A stretch of DNA of 64,000 nucleotides from a virus (lineage: Duplodnaviria > Heunggongvirae > Uroviricota > Caudoviricetes), in the IMG/VR virus record IMGVR_UViG_3300009008_000004, positions 18,004 through 82,003 of that record; one strand, written 5' to 3'. Below, piece by piece: positions 35,819 through 44,031 of this stretch; the first letter of the stretch is position 1; each line of letters begins with the position of its first letter. The notes under the pieces are model-generated. The model was not told where the DNA came from and made no database searches. It saw nothing but the letters and a program-made list of their open reading frames with translations. The translations under genes and the position numbers were made by a program.

Positions 35819-36753
35819 AAATCAAAGTAGAACCAACAATTTTCCTTCTGCCAGAAGTCATCACGAAGATCGACATCTGGTGTAAGAAGGCCAAAGGGGA
35901 GGTCTCTGGCCTCGGCCTCATCGACATCGATGAAGATGGGGACATCTTTGTAACTGATGTCTACCTACTTGAGCAAAAGTCATCCAGTGGTAATACGGAC
36001 CTCGACCAGGAGGCTGTTGGTAACCTGATGACCGAACTCAGAAAGGAAGGCATCTCAATGTCCAAGCTCCGCTTCTGGTGGCATTCACATGGGAATGGTG
36101 GAGTATTTTGGTCGGGAACCGATGACAAGACCATCGATATTCTCGGCAAAGGCGGCTTTATGGTCTCCATGGTCACCAACAAGAAGCGGGAGAAGAAGTT
36201 CCGGATCGGGATGCAGAAACCGCTGAAACTGGACCTGGATGACGTTGGGTGGAGCCTCGCCTACTTCCCAGACGAAGAGTTTGAGAAGGAGTGCGAAAAG
36301 GAATTCGATGAGAAGGTCAAGGAGGTCACGACGATCACTACCTTCAAGGGTTCCGGAAACTACGGGCACAACCGCTCCGGCCGGGGCCGCTTCTACCATA
36401 ATGGGCGGTGGCACGACTCCTGGCCCGGTGGCAATGGGGGTTCCCGGACCGATTCTCCAGGAGGTGGGCTTCATCAGCCCGTCCCTTTTCAGGGAGAGGA
36501 CACAAGCCCCGGGACAAACAACCCACTCGAAATGCTCCCGTCGTGGGGAGAAATCCCCGGGACCGACGCAAGAAGTAGAGTCAGCGATCTCGTTGGTCAA
36601 GAGATTGAAGAGGTCGATACTCTCTGGCTTATTCTCAACGAAGCGGACTACACGGTAGCCGGGCTTGACCAACTCCGTAAGGCTAACAAGATCGAAACTG
36701 CGGAGCACAACCAAGCACGCGCCCAACTGAAGGAGCTCGGACTCGATGACTGA
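35815..36753 (+). CDS. JAB/MPN (JAMM) metallopeptidase
   Basis: E...WWHSHGNGGVFWSGTD = HxHx7Sx2D JAMM motif; ATGA coupling to E2-like gene. Confidence 0.8.
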   Translation: MKIKVEPTIFLLPEVITKIDIWCKKAKGEVSGLGLIDIDEDGDIFVTDVYLLEQKSSSGNTDLDQEAVGNLMTELRKEGISMSKLRFWWHSHGNGGVFWSGTDDKTIDILGKGGFMVSMVTNKKREKKFRIGMQKPLKLDLDDVGWSLAYFPDEEFEKECEKEFDEKVKEVTTITTFKGSGNYGHNRSGRGRFYHNGRWHDSWPGGNGGSRTDSPGGGLHQPVPFQGEDTSPGTNNPLEMLPSWGEIPGTDARSRVSDLVGQEIEEVDTLWLILNEADYTVAGLDQLRKANKIETAEHNQARAQLKELGLDD

Positions 36754-37411
36754 TATCGACAGGAATGCTATGTATCATCGGCAGCTCGATATCCTCGATC
36801 CGGAGAAGGCTGCCAAACTCAACGTCACTATTATCGGGGCCGGCGCTATCGGCTCCTTCACCGCACTCTCCCTGGCAAAGATCGGCGTAACCAACATCAC
36901 GGTCTACGACGATGACACGGTAGAGCTGCACAACATCCCGAACCAGTGGTACAGACTATCGGATGTCGGGAAGAAGAAGGTCATTGCCCTCCGCGAGATT
37001 ATCGAGCAGTTTACCGGGGTCAAGATTACCGCGATCCCGGAAAAGTTCGATAAGCAGAAGGCAAAAGGATTCGTCATCAGCGGAGTCGACTCCATGGATG
37101 CTCGCATTGGCATCTGGCAGAACCTCAAGATGCAGTTTCCACAGAGGTATCTGGATGCCCGCATGGGAGCGGAGGTGGGGGAGATACACATGGTGAACCC
37201 GGCCGACTTCGACAACGCCGAACAGTACGAGGAGAAGCACCTATTTCCCTCAACTGAGGCTGCTCCAGGAGCATGTACTGCCCGCAGCACAATGTACTGC
37301 GCCAGCGGGCTCGCTGCGATCATTGCGGCAAAGGTCAGCAACTTCATCAACCAGAGGCCCGACTCGGACCTGATCGTGGACTTCCGAAATATGAAGGTGT
37401 TGCCTGTTTGA
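36746..37411 (+). CDS. E1-like ThiF/MoeB-family adenylyltransferase
   Basis: VTIIGAGAIGS nucleotide-binding loop, YDDDTVELHNIPNQ E1 signature, 8-nt overlap with JAB gene. Confidence 0.8.
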   Translation: MTDIDRNAMYHRQLDILDPEKAAKLNVTIIGAGAIGSFTALSLAKIGVTNITVYDDDTVELHNIPNQWYRLSDVGKKKVIALREIIEQFTGVKITAIPEKFDKQKAKGFVISGVDSMDARIGIWQNLKMQFPQRYLDARMGAEVGEIHMVNPADFDNAEQYEEKHLFPSTEAAPGACTARSTMYCASGLAAIIAAKVSNFINQRPDSDLIVDFRNMKVLPV

Positions 37412-37465
37412 TGTGGGAAGCGCGGGGGCCCTCCGGGGCCCTCGCAGCAACCTTGGGAGAAGACC

Positions 37466-38950
37466 ATGGGAGAAAAACGAACCATCGCTGAAGAGGTGAA
37501 GGATCAATTCACGATCGACACCCTTCAAAAACGCACGGCCGAGCTACTCAATGAGTTGCATACGGCCAATGGACCAACGCATAAGAAAGCCCGGATGAAG
37601 CTCCGCTTCCTGACGTTGACGTCTGCCAAGACGTGCGAGCAGGTCAAAGTGGGGCCCACGGAGACCGTGAGAGTCGTACTCGACGCCGCGGATAAGTACC
37701 TCCAGAAGGACGGATTGTCCAAGGAGGAGCGCAACATGGTCCACAGCTTCAAATACGGACTGCGCCTATTCTCTGCTTTGCAGACTACAGGACGCTTAGA
37801 CTCCGACGGGCCTCGACTCGTCAAAGTGCGCAAAACCAAGACAACAACGAAGGCCGTAAGGCGTACGGCACCACAACCCACGGCAGCGGTTGTAACCCCC
37901 AAACCGAAACCGAAAGAAGCCCCCGGCCGCTATCCGGGCATCACTCGGGACGGTACCGTGCTTTCAGGAACCTCCTGGGTAGCCTTCGAATGGGCACGCG
38001 GAGTATTCGTTGCCCTCGATCCACGAGACCGCAGTCGTGTCGACATCTTTGCACAGCACAAGATGGCAGGGCTAAACTCCACAGGCGCACCGGTAATCTA
38101 CCTGCCCTGGTTGACAGGAGACACGAACCCCACGAGTACGATCACCACCCCGGTCTTACTTTCCGCGTTCCTCTGCGGGACAGGTGAGGAAATATCCCAT
38201 CTGAATAAAGACCCATACGACTTCCGCCGTACCAACCTGCGTATCAGCGGAACCCCTATCGACTTCTCCGACAACAACCTGTGCACGCAGTTCGCCCAGG
38301 GGCTGGTAACGGCGACACACTCCGTTGCTGCGCTGGATAAGATGATCACCGAGATCCGGGACACCACAAAACCCGTGACACTCGAGAAGGAGAAGAAAGA
38401 ATGGCTTGCTCTGGTAGAGCTGGCCGAAACTGAGCGAGACGCTACCAAGACACAGGTAGCAGACCTGGAACTCAAGCTCAAAGCTGCGGAGACTGCGGTC
38501 ACCAAAGCAAAGACCGCACTGAAAAGTGCCCGAGCCCGCCAGGATGCCCAGGGTGAGCTGCAGAATACTCTGCGGGAACTGCGATCATCCCTCAACGCCA
38601 AACGACAGGAGTGTGTAGCCCTCAAAGAGGAGCTTACCGAGATACGGGAAACAAGCAACAAGTTCGAGAAAGTCTCCAGTATGGAAGACGAACTCAGCGA
38701 AGCGCACACCTCAGTAGCAAACCTCGAGGTCCAGGTGGAACGCCTGACTAAGGCCAACAAGGAACTCGGGTCGCGGCTACGCAAGCGGGTGGGCGGGGAG
38801 AACGGTTCTATCCAAAAGGTAGCCGTGGTCCCGCCAGCGGTCGTTGACGCTGTCGACGTCATCCGTGATCTCCTCAACGGATCCTTGAAAGACGAGTACA
38901 AACTCCGCTTCATCGGGGATACCATCGCCAACCTGCAACTGCCGGAGTAA
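37466..38950 (+). CDS. hypothetical protein with long C-terminal coiled coil
   Basis: 494-aa ORF; RBS GGGAGAAG; heptad-rich 300-450 region. Confidence 0.55.
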   Translation: MGEKRTIAEEVKDQFTIDTLQKRTAELLNELHTANGPTHKKARMKLRFLTLTSAKTCEQVKVGPTETVRVVLDAADKYLQKDGLSKEERNMVHSFKYGLRLFSALQTTGRLDSDGPRLVKVRKTKTTTKAVRRTAPQPTAAVVTPKPKPKEAPGRYPGITRDGTVLSGTSWVAFEWARGVFVALDPRDRSRVDIFAQHKMAGLNSTGAPVIYLPWLTGDTNPTSTITTPVLLSAFLCGTGEEISHLNKDPYDFRRTNLRISGTPIDFSDNNLCTQFAQGLVTATHSVAALDKMITEIRDTTKPVTLEKEKKEWLALVELAETERDATKTQVADLELKLKAAETAVTKAKTALKSARARQDAQGELQNTLRELRSSLNAKRQECVALKEELTEIRETSNKFEKVSSMEDELSEAHTSVANLEVQVERLTKANKELGSRLRKRVGGENGSIQKVAVVPPAVVDAVDVIRDLLNGSLKDEYKLRFIGDTIANLQLPE

Positions 38951-38954
38951 CATC

Positions 38955-40295
38955 ATGAAACCGACCCGTCTTTGGTCGACATGGAGTGTCTCGAAATTGG
39001 TGCGGGTCCTGGACTGCCCACGATCCTTTGACCTTGTCTACATCAGACAGACGAAGGGTCCCGAAAGCCCGTACAAGGTTTTCGGCTCGGCGGTCCACAC
39101 CATGCTCGAGAGATTCTTCAAAGTGAACTACCAAACAGCTGAGTCCTTCGCCAAGGCGGGCGTCGGTTTCTGGATGGGGGTCGTAGACGGAAGTCACGGC
39201 CCCTCTTCTTTTAGTGCCGAGGTAAGCAAACCAGTCATTATTGACTTCAGTAACGTGAAGGCACCAATGATGTTCCTGGGCATGATGAAGAAGATACTGC
39301 GGATCTTCTACAACGATAATTTGGAGTATAGAGATGGTCCAAAACCTACGCCAGAGGTGGAAAAAAATTTCACGCTTGATCTGGAAGGCAAAAAGATTCG
39401 AGGTATCCTGGATCGACTCCAGCCCGACCATCCGGATCTTGCCTGGAACCGGCGAGACGGGGAGCTCGGCACACGGGTGGGCCACCATATCATCGACTAC
39501 AAGCCATACGTACTCGACCAGTTCGGGCTCCACCTTGACCTGCAACTCACCATGTACAATCTGTGGTACATCCAGCAGTACGGCAGAGACCCCCTCTCAC
39601 TTGGAATCTACAATTACAAAGAGCCCATCGACAGAGTTGTATGCACACCTCCCCGCACCCAGAAGGATTTCGCCGACCTCGCCCTCAAGTTTCAGGAGGC
39701 CTCAGAGTATGTCATTGGCGTGCTCACCGGCGACATGTCGAGGCCCTCCGCAATAACCGGGTTCCGGCATTTCATCCAAGATGACCTGATGACCGGGGTA
39801 ATGACGCCCAAGAAGGTAATGGGTGGTCCCGGGTGTAAGTTCTGTGAGTTCAAGGAGAATTGCCTGAAGATTCACAAAGGGGAGCTACCGACCACGCGGG
39901 AATACGTCAAGAAGAAGTACGAACTTCCAAGCTCCCCACTCCTCCCCTTCGCGGTAAAACATAAGGGAGCGGACCGACCGCGTACCCGCGCGAATCTGCG
40001 GAGAGTGCTTGCCCGCAGAAGGGTAGAGCCTCTGCCCACCAAACCGGAGGAGGTCTATCTCCGCCTACAACTGAAGGTGGATAGGACATCCGACAAAACC
40101 GACCCAACCAAGTATGGGCGCTGCCCCCACTGCGGGTTCGCCCTCCAGAAGAACGGGAAGTGTAACAACTGCCTCTCCTGGTATAGCAAGGATGGCAACT
40201 TCCTCCCCGAGAAATCATGGAAGTCCGTCTCCGACAGGATCAAAAGGAGGAAAGAAAAGGATGAGCAGGATGTGGGACCAGGTAATAGCGGATGA
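38955..40295 (+). CDS. PD-(D/E)xK nuclease, Cas4/RecB-like with Fe-S cysteines and C-terminal Zn ribbon
   Basis: N-terminal Cys (LDCPRSF), ...DRLQPD...IIDYKPY (D-x-K), GGPGCKFCEFKENC three-Cys cluster: Cas4-family arrangement; C-terminal CPHCG...CNNC. Confidence 0.6.
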   Translation: MKPTRLWSTWSVSKLVRVLDCPRSFDLVYIRQTKGPESPYKVFGSAVHTMLERFFKVNYQTAESFAKAGVGFWMGVVDGSHGPSSFSAEVSKPVIIDFSNVKAPMMFLGMMKKILRIFYNDNLEYRDGPKPTPEVEKNFTLDLEGKKIRGILDRLQPDHPDLAWNRRDGELGTRVGHHIIDYKPYVLDQFGLHLDLQLTMYNLWYIQQYGRDPLSLGIYNYKEPIDRVVCTPPRTQKDFADLALKFQEASEYVIGVLTGDMSRPSAITGFRHFIQDDLMTGVMTPKKVMGGPGCKFCEFKENCLKIHKGELPTTREYVKKKYELPSSPLLPFAVKHKGADRPRTRANLRRVLARRRVEPLPTKPEEVYLRLQLKVDRTSDKTDPTKYGRCPHCGFALQKNGKCNNCLSWYSKDGNFLPEKSWKSVSDRIKRRKEKDEQDVGPGNSG

Positions 40296-40926
40296 GTATA
40301 ACCTCCGCCAACAAGTAGCAGACCACACGAACAACACCCTTAACTCCGTCTGTAAGGAATGCGATTCCCCCGTCTGCTGTATGCAGATGTTTGAGGTTAC
40401 CCCGTGGGATGCGCTCCTTATCATCAGGACACATCCGCAAGCGGTAACTCGGCTTATACCCAAGCTGGAAGAGCAGGCTGAACTGGAGAAGAAGTACGCC
40501 GGCGAGATGGAGGAGTACATCCATAACGAACGGCATCCCTGCGCCTTTCTCACTGCCGACGGCAAATGCGAAATATACGCCATGCGCCCCATCATTTGCG
40601 CTATGATGCATATTCGCGAAGGAGAGAAGCGCTGCGGAGACATGGACGCCAAAGAGAAGCATGCAGTTGGGCTCCTCCCGGAGCTCACTGTACGATACCT
40701 CTCCACAACACACAAAGTGTGGGAAGGTGTAGACGGACAACAGGGAATGCGGCACTTCCTACTGGAGAACGGGATGGAGGATATACCTTTTGGATTTATC
40801 CCGGGCCTTGCCACAGCCATACTCGCTGTCGGCGAAGGCAAGAAACCTCCTATGTTCTCCGAGCGGGACATGCTCATGACCGAACTTCGTATGCGGCAAA
40901 AGGGGTACATGAAAGACGCCCCATGA
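40261..40926 (+). CDS. YkgJ-family Zn/Fe-chelating domain protein (second copy)
   Basis: CKECDSPVCC...CAFLTADGKCEIYAMRPIIC. Confidence 0.55.
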   Translation: MSRMWDQVIADEYNLRQQVADHTNNTLNSVCKECDSPVCCMQMFEVTPWDALLIIRTHPQAVTRLIPKLEEQAELEKKYAGEMEEYIHNERHPCAFLTADGKCEIYAMRPIICAMMHIREGEKRCGDMDAKEKHAVGLLPELTVRYLSTTHKVWEGVDGQQGMRHFLLENGMEDIPFGFIPGLATAILAVGEGKKPPMFSERDMLMTELRMRQKGYMKDAP

Positions 40927-40928
40927 AT

Positions 40929-40936
40929 GGTATAAG
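40929..40936 (+). promoter_or_regulatory. GGTATAAG box
   Basis: in 82-bp intergenic region before 41009. Confidence 0.35.
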
Positions 40937-41008
40937 GACGGCAGTAGCTGAAAGGCCGCTGCCGTCCAAGTCCTATAACCCTAACCAGCGCAAGCCGGGA
41001 GCGCATCG

Positions 41009-41653
41009 ATGACAACTATCTCTACACAAGTGATCAACTGGAACCTGATGGCGGGAAGCGTCGATATGGAGGAGAACAGATTGTTGTTCGCCAAAATCCG
41101 GAAAGACGTCTTCATTGCCATCCCTGAGAGTAAGGAAGCTCGTTGCTGGGCACCAATGCTAATCCTAAACCCGAAGAGTCCCATTGTCCGTGGGGGATTA
41201 GCAAAAAAGTACACCGCGGACATCCTTGGAATAGCGAGGGAGCATGTTCAAGGAGAGATTTTACGGCAGCTGATCAGAGCGACTGCTGATGAGAAAAGGA
41301 ATGGGCCGATGGACCGCCTGTCGGTTGTCGAAGCCATGCTCCCTTTTGAGGCCCGGCTGGAATATACAGCGGGAGACACCCCTGACATCCTCAGGCAATT
41401 CCTGGTACCTGCGTGGACAATTGAGCTCCTCGACTACCAGCGCCTGCGTATCGGATGGGTGGACGTAAAGGATGTTCTCCATTGCGTAATGCCCAAGAGC
41501 CTGCGTATCCTGCCAGATAAGCCCTACGACGAAGAGTCTTGGAGGCTGCTTACTGCCCACAATGTCCCGGACCAGCTCGTTGAACTGCTTGAGCACAATG
41601 GAATTGCAATCAGACAAAAGAGACCACGAAAACGTAACAAGAGGAGCCGGTAA
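41009..41653 (+). CDS. hypothetical protein
   Basis: 214-aa ORF. Confidence 0.5.
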   Translation: MTTISTQVINWNLMAGSVDMEENRLLFAKIRKDVFIAIPESKEARCWAPMLILNPKSPIVRGGLAKKYTADILGIAREHVQGEILRQLIRATADEKRNGPMDRLSVVEAMLPFEARLEYTAGDTPDILRQFLVPAWTIELLDYQRLRIGWVDVKDVLHCVMPKSLRILPDKPYDEESWRLLTAHNVPDQLVELLEHNGIAIRQKRPRKRNKRSR

Positions 41654-42543
41654 TGCCAATAGTCATATGCGAAGGAGTAAAGATTCGTATTGTCGGCCAC
41701 CCCTCAAAAAGTAAGTGGGCAGCCGCAACTAACACATACTTTGATGCAGAGACCGGGGAGGAGTTTGACCCGGAGAGCCTGCCCCCGGAGGGACGTGGGC
41801 ACAAGTACGTAATACGTAAGCATATAGCCGACGTACGAGGCTATTACACAATCACCAACGATTTACGGTACTGGGATGGGGAGACCGCCAAAGTGCTGCA
41901 GGTATGCGGGGCAGCCCCACCCAATATCGCTGCGCCCCTAATAGCGGCTGGGCGCAACCTCGTGGAAGCTGCGTGCGGGCCCGGAGAGTTCGATTGTAAC
42001 AAAGTCTACTTAGAGCCCGAGTACCTTGACCTCTTCGAGCAAAAGGCACAAGAGCGGGGATGGTCCGTGGACCACATTGCATGGTGCCCAAAAAGGCACG
42101 CGACACTCGAGCAAACAGCAAAGCTACTCTATGCGGGCCAAGTTGACCCTGAGAAAAGCGGGGACCGCGAAGTGCTCCAGACTGCCGTAGAATCTGCAGA
42201 GCAGCTGCTGGAGAATCCCACCGACCCTGCCTTTATCGCTAACCCCGAAAGGTATACAGTAATCGAAACGCACCTGCACAACCTCAAGGATGCGTTGGGT
42301 TTAGAGATTACCCCCAAGGCACGGCTGGAACTGACGTATGATTTACTGCGGTCCGCAACCTCCTACAAGGATTCCATCCAACTCCAAAATAATCACGTTG
42401 TGATAAATCTTCCGATGGGCCGTGTGAAGATTGGTTTAGAGGAGTGCGTTTACACCTCAGATGCTGGCACACAGACCCTTCATGGGACCGCGAAGAAGAA
42501 ATCGCGGTTGAGCAAAATCAAGAAAAATGGAGGGGACCCTTAG
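41653..42543 (+). CDS. hypothetical protein
   Basis: 296-aa ORF, TAATG junction. Confidence 0.5.
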   Translation: MPIVICEGVKIRIVGHPSKSKWAAATNTYFDAETGEEFDPESLPPEGRGHKYVIRKHIADVRGYYTITNDLRYWDGETAKVLQVCGAAPPNIAAPLIAAGRNLVEAACGPGEFDCNKVYLEPEYLDLFEQKAQERGWSVDHIAWCPKRHATLEQTAKLLYAGQVDPEKSGDREVLQTAVESAEQLLENPTDPAFIANPERYTVIETHLHNLKDALGLEITPKARLELTYDLLRSATSYKDSIQLQNNHVVINLPMGRVKIGLEECVYTSDAGTQTLHGTAKKKSRLSKIKKNGGDP

Positions 42544-42796
42544 TGTTTCACATACTGTCGATTTTTTTCTGCAGTAGTGATGGCGCCTCTCAGACGCCAT
42601 AACGAGCATTTTATTTTTCATTTCTCTGGTGTTTATAAGGTAGTGGTAATTAAAAACTGGTTTTTCCAGTTGAACTGCCTTAACCCGAACGAGAAAAATC
42701 CCATTAAGATATTGATCGGATCCAGCGGGTATGGCACAGTATTAGGCGTCCCATACTTGTGCGGGTCAACAACCACAATTGGAGGTACTCCAGGCT
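42544..42796. promoter_or_regulatory. AT-rich intergenic region with palindrome ATGGCG-N9-CGCCAT and T-runs (candidate partition site/origin/promoter)
   Basis: only sizeable AT-rich non-coding stretch; lies immediately upstream of ParB-like operon. Confidence 0.35.
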
Positions 42797-43090
42797 ATGC
42801 AACAGTTGCTTCCTCAAATCCGGCAGTTTGCCGCAGACAGGACAAGGGAGGCTGCGAGCGCTCTAAATGCTCTTGGCCGTGTCGTCAAAGTTCTCCAGGT
42901 GCTCGACTCCGAATACCAGGAGACGTACCAAACCCTTACGGTACGAGTCGATTCCGGGAAGTACGAGGGGCAAGTCCTGCCCGTCGTACAGATCCAGCTG
43001 GATGGTAAAGGGGTTACCATTTGGGCTACCCACAACGAAAACCCCAAGAAATTTCGCGTCACAGGCGAATTGGAGGTCACACAAGCATGA
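42797..43090 (+). CDS. hypothetical protein
   Basis: ATG 8 nt after GGAGG; 97 aa. Confidence 0.5.
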   Translation: MQQLLPQIRQFAADRTREAASALNALGRVVKVLQVLDSEYQETYQTLTVRVDSGKYEGQVLPVVQIQLDGKGVTIWATHNENPKKFRVTGELEVTQA

Positions 43091-44016
43091 GCAAGAAAAC
43101 CGTACACCTGGTCCTGGAGGATATCCGGTTGGATTCCGATGGTATGTCCAATTGCCGATCGGCTATGGAGGGTATCGAGGAGCTGGCACAGGACATCGTA
43201 GATGAGGGATGCCTGCTCAACCCCATTGGGGTATGGCAGCCCCCGGGAAAGGACTACTACGTCTTGAACTATGGCTACCGTAGGCTCCATGCGCTGAAGT
43301 GGCTCAAAGAACACCGACCCAAAGATTTCATCTCCCTTGACTTTGAGGAGGCTGGGAAGATCCCATGTGCCGCATACGGTGGGGATTTGAACGCCGCATT
43401 GATCAGGAACCTCTCTGAGAACCTGAAGCGGAAGCGGGTAAACCCGGCAGATCTGGTTACCCGGGTCGGGTACCTGCACGAAGTCCGGGGGATGACGGAG
43501 ACACTAATCGCGAAGACCATTGGGATTGCCCAGTCCCAAGTCTCAGGTATGCTGGGAGTCCACCTTGGGTGCTCCAAGGCAGTTATTGGTGCCCTCCGGC
43601 AGAAGCTCATCAACCTGTCCAACGCCAAGAAGTTCAGCAAGCTCCCACACGAGCAGCAGGATGAATTGCTGGAGAAGCTGCTTGAGCAGGACCCTGAGCA
43701 GGCAAAGAAGATCAAGAAGCTTTTGGCCAAGAAGACCGAGGCCTCCGTGCGTCCGGGTGTAAAGACTCTGAAGTCTACTCTTGGGCAGGTAGCTGCACGT
43801 AAGGAAGAGCGGGACAAGGAGTACCGCGATGGAGTCATTGCCGGCCTCAAGTTTGCATTGGGTATCATTGATAAGGTCGAATGGCTGTTTGCTCCGGCAC
43901 ACGCAGTTCCGGAAGATGCAGCTCCTCAGGCCCCGACGAGACTCGTTCGTGCGATGAAACCGAAGAAGAAGTTCGCTGGGAAAGCGCAAGAAAAGGAGAC
44001 CACCAAACCAAAGTGA
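43087..44016 (+). CDS. ParB/Sulfiredoxin-fold (ParB N-terminal domain) protein
   Basis: NPIGVWQ...YYVLNYGYRRLHALKWL = ParB GxxRxxA box; HTH-like middle; Lys-rich C-terminus; ATGA overlap. Confidence 0.6.
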   Translation: MSKKTVHLVLEDIRLDSDGMSNCRSAMEGIEELAQDIVDEGCLLNPIGVWQPPGKDYYVLNYGYRRLHALKWLKEHRPKDFISLDFEEAGKIPCAAYGGDLNAALIRNLSENLKRKRVNPADLVTRVGYLHEVRGMTETLIAKTIGIAQSQVSGMLGVHLGCSKAVIGALRQKLINLSNAKKFSKLPHEQQDELLEKLLEQDPEQAKKIKKLLAKKTEASVRPGVKTLKSTLGQVAARKEERDKEYRDGVIAGLKFALGIIDKVEWLFAPAHAVPEDAAPQAPTRLVRAMKPKKKFAGKAQEKETTKPK

Positions 44017-44031
44017 GGTGTTGATTAGACA

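Noticed and set aside
42580-42600. Rho-independent terminator at ATGGCG-N9-CGCCAT
   Set aside because: The stem is only 6 bp and is not directly followed by a U-run. It was kept only as a palindrome within the AT-rich regulatory region.
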